64,000 nt of DNA from Candidatus Bathyarchaeia archaeon (GCA_038882955.1 JAVZNC010000004.1:96001-160000), one strand, 5' to 3'. Positions 20,470-28,683 are shown, counted from the stretch's first letter. The notes: generated by a model from the letters alone, not told the origin. Numbers and translations are program-made.

Positions 20470-21456
20470 ATGCTTAAAAAAATTCGTGTTGTGCCTTTGG
20501 CTGCTGAAAGTTTTGGCGTTAGGTCTATGTGCACTTACGTGGAGACGCCTGACGTGCGGATACTTTTAGACGCTGGTGTTTCGCTATGCCCACGGCGTTT
20601 TGGTTTGCCTCCGCATCCGTTGGAGTTTAGGGCTATAATTGAAGCGCGTAGGCATATCGCCGAGGCTGCGGAAAAAGCGGAAGTTGTAACATTAAGCCAT
20701 TACCATTTTGACCATCACACGCCCTCCTATGAGGATTGGCTTTGCAATTGGACGGCTGAAACTGAAACTGCACGGCAGATTTACGAGGGAAAAACTGTCT
20801 TAATGAAAAATCCAAAAGAAAACATAAACTTTAGCCAGCGGCGCCGAGGATGGATTTTCCAAAAAACTGGCGGAAAATTCGCTGCTGAACTTGAAGTTGC
20901 AGACGGGAAAGCGTTTCATTTTGGCAAATCCACGACAATAAAATTTTCCAAACCAGTCTTTCATGGACCAGAGGATTCGGCTCTAGGTTGGGTTTTGATG
21001 GTCACAATAGCGTGTGAAGATGAAAAGTTCATGTTTGCCCCAGACGTTCAAGGTCCAATGGCGAGGGACACGCTGAGCATAATTGAGGCGGAGAAGCCTC
21101 AGCTTTTGATGATTGGTGGACCGCCATTGTATTTGGCTGGATTCAAAGTTAATGATGGACAAGTTCAAGCTGGGTTAAATGGTTTAGAACGCGTTGTTGA
21201 AGTCGCAAAAGCTGTCATTTTGGAGCATCACATTTTGAGAGACGCTGGATGGCGCGAAAAAGTGGAAGGCATGTTCAATAAGGCACATGAAAATGGTTGT
21301 AAGGTTCTAACTGCTGCCGAGTTCTTGGGCGTGGAAAATGCCTTTCTAGAGGCTTTTAGGCGGAGGCTTTATGCTGAAAATCCGCCTCCAAGCGAGTTTG
21401 AAAAGTGGATGCGCTGCAGGAAAGCCGACAAAAAGCATGTTAAACCGCCAATTTAG
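20470..21456 (+). CDS. Metallo-beta-lactamase fold protein (UPF0282-like)
   Basis: ESFGVRSM, SHYHFDH, DVQGP and EHH motifs. Confidence 0.85.
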   Translation: MLKKIRVVPLAAESFGVRSMCTYVETPDVRILLDAGVSLCPRRFGLPPHPLEFRAIIEARRHIAEAAEKAEVVTLSHYHFDHHTPSYEDWLCNWTAETETARQIYEGKTVLMKNPKENINFSQRRRGWIFQKTGGKFAAELEVADGKAFHFGKSTTIKFSKPVFHGPEDSALGWVLMVTIACEDEKFMFAPDVQGPMARDTLSIIEAEKPQLLMIGGPPLYLAGFKVNDGQVQAGLNGLERVVEVAKAVILEHHILRDAGWREKVEGMFNKAHENGCKVLTAAEFLGVENAFLEAFRRRLYAENPPPSEFEKWMRCRKADKKHVKPPI

Positions 21457-21479
21457 GGCTATAGCCAAAATTTTGATAT

Positions 21480-21959
21480 TCACTTGATTAACCTTTTAAT
21501 TTCAGCAACACCTTTTTTTAGGTTTTTTATGTCCACATCACAGAATGGCGCTGAAATCCCAGTTTTATCCAATGCGAAATGCAGTTCTTCTATTAGTATT
21601 CCAGAGTTCTTCACACTGCAGCTTGGGCTGCCATCAACGCCCACAACAGCTTTTAGCTTTATCCCATGCTTTTCATATTCGCTAACCTGCCTTACAAGTT
21701 CTTCAGCAATCTTTCTGCACAAGCTTCTAAACTCTAAATTGTTATAGTCTTCCCTAGTTTTTGGCGCTCTCGCCAGCCCAGCGTATGCGAGTTCTGGACA
21801 TGGCATCTGAACCACACCGACGCCATTACGAACAAAAACCTCTACAACTTCGCGTATCACGCCAGCCCTTTCAGCCAGACCAAAAACACGCGAGTTCTGA
21901 TTTAAAATGCAATGCGCAACCAACACAAGTTTCCCGCCTTTATTATCCTCAAAAACCAT
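21480..21959 (-). CDS. DUF523 / TudS-related desulfidase-like protein
   Basis: HCILNQN, MPCPE and GSPSC motifs. Confidence 0.8.
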   Translation of the reverse strand: MVFEDNKGGKLVLVAHCILNQNSRVFGLAERAGVIREVVEVFVRNGVGVVQMPCPELAYAGLARAPKTREDYNNLEFRSLCRKIAEELVRQVSEYEKHGIKLKAVVGVDGSPSCSVKNSGILIEELHFALDKTGISAPFCDVDIKNLKKGVAEIKRLIK

Positions 21960-21994
21960 GGCAACACCAGCTGCTGAGATTAAAATACGGTATA

Positions 21995-22095
21995 TGGGGC
22001 CGAGGCCGGGATTTGAACCCGGGCACTAGGCTTGCTGCCTTGGATTGTGCTCCAGTCCACAGGCCTATAGGCTTCCAGGCTACCTCACCTCGGCC
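21995..22095 (-). tRNA. tRNA-His(GTG) with 24-nt 37/38 intron (22033-22056), encoded G-1 and CCA
   Basis: Acceptor GCCGAGG/CCTCGGC, anticodon arm TAGGC-CTGTGG|A-GCCTA, T arm CCGGG-TTCAAAT-CCCGG; bulge-helix-bulge (CTGT/GCAG with GGA and CAA bulges). Confidence 0.95.
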
Positions 22096-22100
22096 ACTTT
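22081..22100 (+). repeat. att site (left), TACCTCACCTCGGCCACTTT
   Basis: Identical to 30483-30502; overlaps the tRNA 5' end. Confidence 0.93.
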
Positions 22101-22133
22101 TTCGGTGATTTCGGTTACTTTTTGTAGCTCTAA

Positions 22134-23453
22134 TCATTTTCGCTTCCTCAGAAATATTAGGTTATCTTTTTGGCATACATAGTCAAATCCGACTTCCAAT
22201 AAGGCTTTAACTTCCTCAGGCGTTTCAGCCACTTTAACTGTAAACTCATCGCTTCCCTGTTCAAACATTGTTCTTTCAATGTTAATGTAGATTTCCGTAT
22301 TTCTTAACTCTTTATGTCCTAAGAACTGCTTCACGTAATAGGGATCTTTAGTTTGATGGTAAAGCATTGTAGCCTTCCAATGTCTAAAAGTGTGAAAGCT
22401 TATGCTTAACAGTCTCGGATTTTGCAGTTTAGCAGCTAAACGCTTTCGCGCTTTTAGGAATGTTGTTTTCAACGAGTTTATAGGGCCATCTCCGAAAACT
22501 CGAACACTTTCTCTAGGCAAAGCGTTAAGCATAGCTGTTAATTTTTGACTTATCTTCCACATTCTCGGGTTAGAACCTTTCTCTGGATCGTTAAGCCTTA
22601 CGATGCTCTTTTCAAAATCTATATCTATCCATTGAAGCCTTTTCGCTTCTCCACATCTCATAGCTGTTTCTTTAAGCAACTGTAGAAACGTGCTGAGTTT
22701 CTTGCCTGTTCCAGATATCAAATCATCAAGTTCTCTTTCAGTCGGTATGAAAGGTATTTTCTGAGTTCGCGCTTTGCAGAATGGTTTATCCCATGTTAGG
22801 CCGTTAAATTTAAGGAAGCGGTCATAAGCAACTATAACGTTGCGTTTTCTGTTTTCACTCCATTTTTGTTTTGCTATGATTTCTTTAACATTTTCTGGAT
22901 CACACAAGTCTGCACCTCTCTGGATTAAGGTTGTTAATGCGGTTCTGTGAAGTCGAATTGTAGCTTCCGCGTAGCCTTTCTTCTGCATATAAAAGCAATA
23001 TTCAACGATTTTGCCTTTAGCGTCTTTAAGCTGCTCTGTGCCGCCCACACTCGGCCTTTCTAGTTGGGTTTCCACTTCGGCCAAGTTTTTCGCCTCGACT
23101 TCCGAGACGCATACTCGGCGTTTACTATTAGAGTAAGGTAAACTATTTAAGCCTTTTTCTGATACAGTAAGGTTATGCGAAGCTACATCTTCACCAAAAA
23201 AGAAAGAACCGTTATCAAAAACTTCCTTAACAAAACAGCCCCTAGAGACGATCCGCTTCTCATGGTTATTCTTTCGAGAATTAAAACCTTTAAAGATTTG
23301 GCTTCCGACATTGAACTTTATCTTGCGCTCAGAAAAGCGATATCCACATAACTTACATAAATAACGTTGAACTCCAAAACCATTCTTATCATATCTAAAA
23401 CCATCTTTCCAAAACTCTTTAGAACCACATTCAGGACAACACAGCTCAGTCAT
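22134..23453 (-). CDS. int: Tyrosine integrase with N-terminal Zn ribbon
   Basis: TAMRCGE, EKG, HTFRH, LGH and IY catalytic residues; N-terminal CPEC...CKLC; possible internal TTG start at 23084. Confidence 0.93.
   Translation of the reverse strand: MTELCCPECGSKEFWKDGFRYDKNGFGVQRYLCKLCGYRFSERKIKFNVGSQIFKGFNSRKNNHEKRIVSRGCFVKEVFDNGSFFFGEDVASHNLTVSEKGLNSLPYSNSKRRVCVSEVEAKNLAEVETQLERPSVGGTEQLKDAKGKIVEYCFYMQKKGYAEATIRLHRTALTTLIQRGADLCDPENVKEIIAKQKWSENRKRNVIVAYDRFLKFNGLTWDKPFCKARTQKIPFIPTERELDDLISGTGKKLSTFLQLLKETAMRCGEAKRLQWIDIDFEKSIVRLNDPEKGSNPRMWKISQKLTAMLNALPRESVRVFGDGPINSLKTTFLKARKRLAAKLQNPRLLSISFHTFRHWKATMLYHQTKDPYYVKQFLGHKELRNTEIYINIERTMFEQGSDEFTVKVAETPEEVKALLEVGFDYVCQKDNLIFLRKRK
23141..23160. 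promoter_or_regulatory. Putative bidirectional TATA/BRE inside the integrase ORF
   Basis: Plus strand TATTTAAG ~24-31 nt before ATG 23175; minus strand GAAAAAGG-CTTAAATA upstream of GAGGCG...TTG. Confidence 0.5.
23175..23351 (+). CDS. 58-aa protein nested antisense in the integrase
   Basis: MRSYIFTKKERTVIKNFL...DIELYLALRKAIST; leaderless spacing from a TATA box. Confidence 0.6.
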   Translation: MRSYIFTKKERTVIKNFLNKTAPRDDPLLMVILSRIKTFKDLASDIELYLALRKAIST

Positions 23454-23460
23454 TAAGCTT

Positions 23461-23595
23461 CTACTCCCTTACATAATCAACAATTTCCTCAATCTTCTGC
23501 TCAAGCAACGAAACACGATCAATAAGCTCCTCTACCTTCTCCTCAAGATCCGCTACCCGATTCTCTAACTGAAGCAACAACTTCAAACAATCCAC
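23461..23595 (-). CDS. 44-aa coiled-coil peptide
   Basis: AGGTG RBS, GTG start, heptads LENRVADLEEKVEELIDRVSLLEQKIEEI; fills the gap between polB and int. Confidence 0.6.
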   Translation of the reverse strand: MDCLKLLLQLENRVADLEEKVEELIDRVSLLEQKIEEIVDYVRE

Positions 23596-23603
23596 ATTAA
23601 CAC

Positions 23604-26600
23604 CTACCACGGCGGCCCCACTCCTAACCCACTCAAAACACCAAAAAACAACCCAAATTCACTTTGATTTAATTCGATTTCATTGAAATTTTCAGAGTTA
23701 AAGCCATGCGCACCCGACCCTTCGCGCGGGTCACGTAACATATTAGTTAGGACAGACAGCAAACTCTCAACAAATTCAAACAGTTTAGGCGCTCGGATCT
23801 TATATAATTCTAACACGTTCAGCAGAGCTGCTAAAGGATTCGCCTTCCTATTATTGCTTCTGTGCGCGAAGCATTGAATTTCTAAACGACCCACAGGCTC
23901 ATTTTGCCATGCTTCAACAAAAGGCCGAAATCTTCTTAGAAACTCATGCCTTTTCAGATTAAACCTTCTATTGCGATCATAAAGCACAATATTACCTGAA
24001 ACAAAATATCGACTATCAGAAAGCACCCTTCCATTAATACCTATGAACCCTAAACCTTTTCTATAATCATATTCGTTTTGCTCGCACACCTCTTCAAACT
24101 CTTCTATCCTTTGTTTAATTTCGCTAGGCGGAATATCATAGGCTACGTCAAAACGGCAATACCGCGCATAAGGAATAACTTTCAATTCGACCTTTTGGCT
24201 GCAAAGCCATTTAAAAAGAATATTATCGGATTCCTCAACAACAACTTTTAACGCTTTATTCAATTCCGCTTCAAGCAATGCTACATCATCAAAGAAACAT
24301 TCAATAATTTTAACCAATGTTGAAGGCAACCATAAAGGCAATTCTCGGAAAACAAATTTTCTACGTTTAACCTGCATCCAATTAACCGCATCCCAGCTTA
24401 TGTGATACCTAACCTTATACGGAAACCTTTGAATCACATAGAACCGTCTTTGAGCAAAAGGCGATCTCTTTCTAGCTTTTCGCGGTAATTTCCACAGCAT
24501 AGGCTCATGTTCAATTAATTCCTTCTTTTTCACGTCAAGCGTATTAACCGTAAGTTTTACACCATAATTATCGCTATGGCCTAATTTGCCAATAACACGC
24601 GCTAGCAACCTCATCTTTTCATTAATCTCAAGCGGAATATGCAAAAGGCCCGCTTGACTGATCTGAGCCTCTAAAAATGTTGTGTCAGGCTTACCTAACA
24701 AAGGCGCAAAAACCTTAGCTGGAATATCCTTTTCTAAGTTACTCTTTTCAAATTTGAGATTTGCCGGCGATAACGGCCATAACTTACCTGCTAAATCTTC
24801 CAATGGCTCTTTAAGCTTAGACGCGAAATATACTCTTCCGCTTTTAGTAATTTCATAAACAACATCTTCAAAGCCTTCAATTGTTTGCATCATTTCCGCG
24901 TTAGTTTGCTCTTCATACATTGATGATAAAATCTGAGCTTCAACAACTGTTAGATCATAGCCTTTCTTATTTCTTATAAGGTTGAAAATTGCTTCCTTGC
25001 TGCTATATCCATAAGCGCGTAAATGCTCAAAAAATTCTAAAAACCATTGAGAAGTTGATAATTTCTTTGAAGGCTGCTTATTGAAACCGCACCAATTAGC
25101 AAGCTGCTTTATAAAACGGTTAAGCCTTAAAGATTCACCCCATCCGCCCGATTCTAACTCATCAACCAAAGCCTTAATTTCCAAATACCATTCGCGTTCT
25201 ATTTTCTTAATACGTGCGGAAATAGAGAGAGGATAAGAAAAGTAAAAGCACCATTCGCCTGATTCCGCATCCTTCAATAATTTACGCACAGCAGGAATAT
25301 TAGGCGTATTTTTCTGTTTTGTCACTTGCCTTATATCATGGATAGGCTGTCTTTCTGAATTTAAAAGAAAAGACTGAATGCGATTTTTCTCTCTTCCAAA
25401 TCCAGACCGTTCCGCACCTTTAATTATCCACTCTTCATTAGGCAATTTAACTGCATAACGTTTAGTGCGGAAAACCACAAGCTCAACCGCATCCGCATAC
25501 TCTTTTTTAGCGCCCCAAGGCGCAAGTTTGTTAAGAAGCCTCTTTAACCGCGCCTCCTCCTTTGCAGAACACACATAAGAATCCGTATCATGGTAAATTA
25601 AAGAATCCTTCAATTGCGATTCTATAAGCCATGACATTGTTCTCGCAAAAGCTGTCACATGAGCAGCTAAGGCTAAATTTGAAAACGTTTGATCTACATC
25701 ACATAAGAGACCTGTAACCGCATTTAAAGCGATTTTCAAAGATGTTGATAATTCCTGATTGGCCCTACGCATAGCATAGAATTCAGACCATTTCTTTGAC
25801 CATTCCTCATCTTTTGCATATAGAAATCCACAAGCATCTAAAATTTGCACACGTTTTAGCTGATTCTTTGACTGCAAAAACAAAAAGTAAAGTGGAAAAT
25901 TAACAACCATTCCCGCTTTAAAATTAACTAGACCTTCTGCTCGAGCTTGCTCTTCCCTTCGATTTCTATAAACTAATGTATAATACGAAAGTTTTCTAGA
26001 TTTCTTTTGCTTTTCCTTTAACACCTCAACTTTCCATGTTGAATTTTCCAAAAATTGAATTAGAACCCAAGAGGAAAGCGCTAAAACGGACATTTCTTGA
26101 TTAACATATAACCGTGAAAATGCTTCCACAGGGCCAACTTTTTTAATCAACTCTAAAATATGATTCGCGACAGATCTAGCTTCCTCTCCATAACAAAGCC
26201 TCATTGACCTAGGCGAAAACCTGCTCATAATACTCGGATATTCACTATTCACATCATAAAACACAAAATCTCTAAAACGGCTAACTTGCCACGCTTTAAC
26301 ACGTCCACCCGCATAAAATGCTGGAAAACTCGGAAATTTCGTATATGGTGCAACCAAAATCTTAGCAATCCTCGCACCGCTTTCAAATAATTTAATAGGT
26401 GAAATATGACTTTCAATAACCTCATAACGATTCTGTTTCAAAACAAAATTAACAAAATTAGCTTTTTCAAAACCTAAAACTTCTAAAAACATTGCCGCCT
26501 TTTCTAAACATCGAGAAAGCAACTCAAAACATGACAAAAGATCATACGCGTTATATTTGCGATTCAAAAAATCTTCCGTTTCTAACTTCTTAAAAAATAT

Positions 26601-27155
26601 GTTTGTTTCAGATTGGCTTTTTAGACTCCGTTTTTTTTCATCAAGCAAATTAGATGACAAACGCATGATATCAATCGCATAACTAACAACCCTCTCTTTT
26701 CGGAAAATATAATAACTAACTTTTTGATCTCCAAACCGCGTAAACCTACGCAATAAAATATCTCTAGCATCCTTTGAAAATGCACGGATCAAATCAAATC
26801 CATAATTAAAAGCTGCAAAAACAACAATCGAAGCATCCCCCACCAACGTATCAAGCTCAACTTTGGTTAAAGCATGATCATAATGATAAATTTCCAAAGT
26901 CGGATAAGATAAAACGCCAACAAGGCGCACATCATCCCTATTACTTACATCCGTCTCCACATCAAAGAGCAGCAATTTAAAATCTTGCATACTAGAACTG
27001 AGAAACGGTTTCAATAATTCCGAATATTTTTTCACTTTCTCAGCTAAAACTTGTAAATTTGCTTTTTCTTTATCATTCAAAATGTAAATTTGACCAAAAC
27101 TTTTATCTCCAAGTCTTAACAAATCTGATAATTGGATTCCCATGCGATCCCTCAC
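23604..27155 (-). CDS. Family B DNA polymerase fused to a putative Rep_trans-type rolling-circle initiator domain
   Basis: ExoI FDVET, ExoII FNYGFD, ExoIII YNAYD, YAGG, DVNSEYP, KIALN, TAFAR, YHDTDS, KRY; C-terminal RFDVAYD, VLYDR, RLE. Confidence 0.85.
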   Translation of the reverse strand: MRDRMGIQLSDLLRLGDKSFGQIYILNDKEKANLQVLAEKVKKYSELLKPFLSSSMQDFKLLLFDVETDVSNRDDVRLVGVLSYPTLEIYHYDHALTKVELDTLVGDASIVVFAAFNYGFDLIRAFSKDARDILLRRFTRFGDQKVSYYIFRKERVVSYAIDIMRLSSNLLDEKKRSLKSQSETNIFFKKLETEDFLNRKYNAYDLLSCFELLSRCLEKAAMFLEVLGFEKANFVNFVLKQNRYEVIESHISPIKLFESGARIAKILVAPYTKFPSFPAFYAGGRVKAWQVSRFRDFVFYDVNSEYPSIMSRFSPRSMRLCYGEEARSVANHILELIKKVGPVEAFSRLYVNQEMSVLALSSWVLIQFLENSTWKVEVLKEKQKKSRKLSYYTLVYRNRREEQARAEGLVNFKAGMVVNFPLYFLFLQSKNQLKRVQILDACGFLYAKDEEWSKKWSEFYAMRRANQELSTSLKIALNAVTGLLCDVDQTFSNLALAAHVTAFARTMSWLIESQLKDSLIYHDTDSYVCSAKEEARLKRLLNKLAPWGAKKEYADAVELVVFRTKRYAVKLPNEEWIIKGAERSGFGREKNRIQSFLLNSERQPIHDIRQVTKQKNTPNIPAVRKLLKDAESGEWCFYFSYPLSISARIKKIEREWYLEIKALVDELESGGWGESLRLNRFIKQLANWCGFNKQPSKKLSTSQWFLEFFEHLRAYGYSSKEAIFNLIRNKKGYDLTVVEAQILSSMYEEQTNAEMMQTIEGFEDVVYEITKSGRVYFASKLKEPLEDLAGKLWPLSPANLKFEKSNLEKDIPAKVFAPLLGKPDTTFLEAQISQAGLLHIPLEINEKMRLLARVIGKLGHSDNYGVKLTVNTLDVKKKELIEHEPMLWKLPRKARKRSPFAQRRFYVIQRFPYKVRYHISWDAVNWMQVKRRKFVFRELPLWLPSTLVKIIECFFDDVALLEAELNKALKVVVEESDNILFKWLCSQKVELKVIPYARYCRFDVAYDIPPSEIKQRIEEFEEVCEQNEYDYRKGLGFIGINGRVLSDSRYFVSGNIVLYDRNRRFNLKRHEFLRRFRPFVEAWQNEPVGRLEIQCFAHRSNNRKANPLAALLNVLELYKIRAPKLFEFVESLLSVLTNMLRDPREGSGAHGFNSENFNEIELNQSEFGLFFGVLSGLGVGPPW

Positions 27156-27157
27156 AT

Positions 27158-27186
27158 AAAAAAGGGGAGATGAGCCGCATCACCTC
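27158..27186 (-). terminator. Imperfect hairpin plus T6 between the 84-aa ORF and polB
   Basis: GAGGTGATG-CGGCT-CATCTCCCC-TTTTTT on the minus strand. Confidence 0.45.
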
Positions 27187-27191
27187 AATTT

Positions 27192-27446
27192 TTAGTAAAC
27201 GTTGATCCAAGTGATGCGCGCTTTTTTGTTAGGCGCGGGAAGTTTCAGAACAATTTTATTGCCTTCTTTGCGACCCGAAGCTAAAACCTTCTCAATCAGC
27301 TCAGGCAAAATGCCATAACGGACTTCTTCACCCGCAACATTAGCCGTTAAGATCAGACATTCTTTGTTTTCTAAGCGACCCATGCGTGCGCTAACGATTT
27401 CAGCTTCAACCCGACTGCCTAACAAATCCTCAAGAGTTATAGGCAT
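27192..27446 (-). CDS. 84-aa beta-rich protein (candidate ssDNA-binding protein)
   Basis: GAGGGA RBS; alternating beta-strand pattern; directly upstream of polB. Function is inferred. Confidence 0.6.
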   Translation of the reverse strand: MPITLEDLLGSRVEAEIVSARMGRLENKECLILTANVAGEEVRYGILPELIEKVLASGRKEGNKIVLKLPAPNKKARITWINVY

Positions 27447-27665
27447 TCATATCCCTCTTTATGGCTTTGTCTAAACCACTTCGCGCCCCCGACCCCGAGG
27501 CCATGCAGGTTTGTAGCTCACATCCGCATCCTAGCAGGCGTGCTAGGCTTTTTAAAGGAAAAATTTTAACTAGAAATTGACATAAAGAATAGCTGGGTGG
27601 AAGGCAACCCACCGCATATTCAACATCTACCAGCCTACTTGCGTTCATGGGCCATCTTCCACCCT

Positions 27666-27767
27666 TTAGCCCTCTTTTTGCTTAACCTTCTTTTTGGCCC
27701 TACATCGCCTCTGAGCTTCTCTCCAATATTTACGCAAGATTTCTGGATGTTTGGGTTGTCGAGCCAT
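27666..27767 (-). CDS. 33-aa basic peptide
   Basis: MARQPKHPEILRKYWREAQRRCRAKKKVKQKEG; TATA-like ATATTTAA ~35 nt upstream. Confidence 0.45.
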   Translation of the reverse strand: MARQPKHPEILRKYWREAQRRCRAKKKVKQKEG

Positions 27768-27868
27768 TCTCAACCACAACAATACTATTAATCAATGACA
27801 AGGGTTAAATATGACTTCTGCTCATAGAAAAGTAAGCTAACTGACTTTAAAAGTGACGGAAAAGTAAG

Positions 27869-28504
27869 TTGTTAGGAATATTTAAAGGGAAAGAAGCGAA
27901 ATACAACAAACTTATCCTCAAAGCCCTAGTTTACGGCGCTAAAACTACAAACCAAATTGCAGAATTCATCTATCTTAACAAAAAAGCTCAAATCAAGCCT
28001 AAAAAGACTAACTTAAACGAAGTTAAGAAAATTGTTTCCATAATTTCGAGGAAGGGAAGCCGACTAAACGAGTTGGAAGCTAAACATTACATTTATCGAG
28101 AAAAAGGCTATTGGCATTTAACTGACAAAGGTTTAGCCGTAGCCCTAACACTTTTCAACGATTTAACTGAAGTATATCCATACGTAAGAACCGACTTAAC
28201 CCTCAAAACAATTGAAAAACTGTTTAAAAAATATGGTGTAAGCGAGACTCTTAGAAAATACGGCTTCAACGATTGGACATCTAAAATCTTCAGTTGGGCC
28301 AGAAACCGAAGAAATTTTCTCGGTTTCGTTAGGAATTCTACAAATAAACTGATAAGCCAACTTATAGATTTGGATTCGCTTAGTGAAAATGAATTTCAAA
28401 ACCTGCTAATTATTCATGGCATTCAAAATTTCTTTAAAATACAGTTAAATGAAATAGAACAAACTATTTCCGAAATAATCTTAAAAGAAAATATCAAGCA
28501 TTAA
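27869..28504 (+). CDS. Winged-helix DNA-binding protein
   Basis: ILKAL..GAKTTNQIAE...RLNELE...WHLTDKG wHTH pattern; GAAAAGTAAG repeated at 27827 and 27859 upstream. Confidence 0.7.
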   Translation: MLGIFKGKEAKYNKLILKALVYGAKTTNQIAEFIYLNKKAQIKPKKTNLNEVKKIVSIISRKGSRLNELEAKHYIYREKGYWHLTDKGLAVALTLFNDLTEVYPYVRTDLTLKTIEKLFKKYGVSETLRKYGFNDWTSKIFSWARNRRNFLGFVRNSTNKLISQLIDLDSLSENEFQNLLIIHGIQNFFKIQLNEIEQTISEIILKENIKH

Positions 28505-28515
28505 TAAAAATACAC

Positions 28516-28683
28516 TTATGTAAAAGGATTTAACGTTTCTTTCCATGCATAAAAAAGCGCCCAATACGTTTTACGCCTCTCTTCGCCCTGCAGCTTCCTC
28601 TCATCTAAATATTGCTGAACAAACTTTGAGAATTCTTCAATATTCTTACACTTTTTAACATCTTCAAACTCAAGCATTTCCAT
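28516..28683 (-). CDS. Small hypothetical protein
   Basis: MEMLEFEDVKK...; start overlaps the stop of the upstream ORF (translational coupling). Confidence 0.5.
   Translation of the reverse strand: MEMLEFEDVKKCKNIEEFSKFVQQYLDERKLQGEERRKTYWALFYAWKETLNPFT

Noticed and set aside
23604-27155. Pipolin piPolB or host replicative PolB
   Set aside because: Motif C is DTDS and KxY is canonical, unlike piPolB. There is no uracil-sensing N-terminal domain, and the gene lies inside an att-bounded element.
27430-27648. 72-aa ORF as a real gene
   Set aside because: Atypical composition and it overlaps a hairpin-rich tract; left uncalled.
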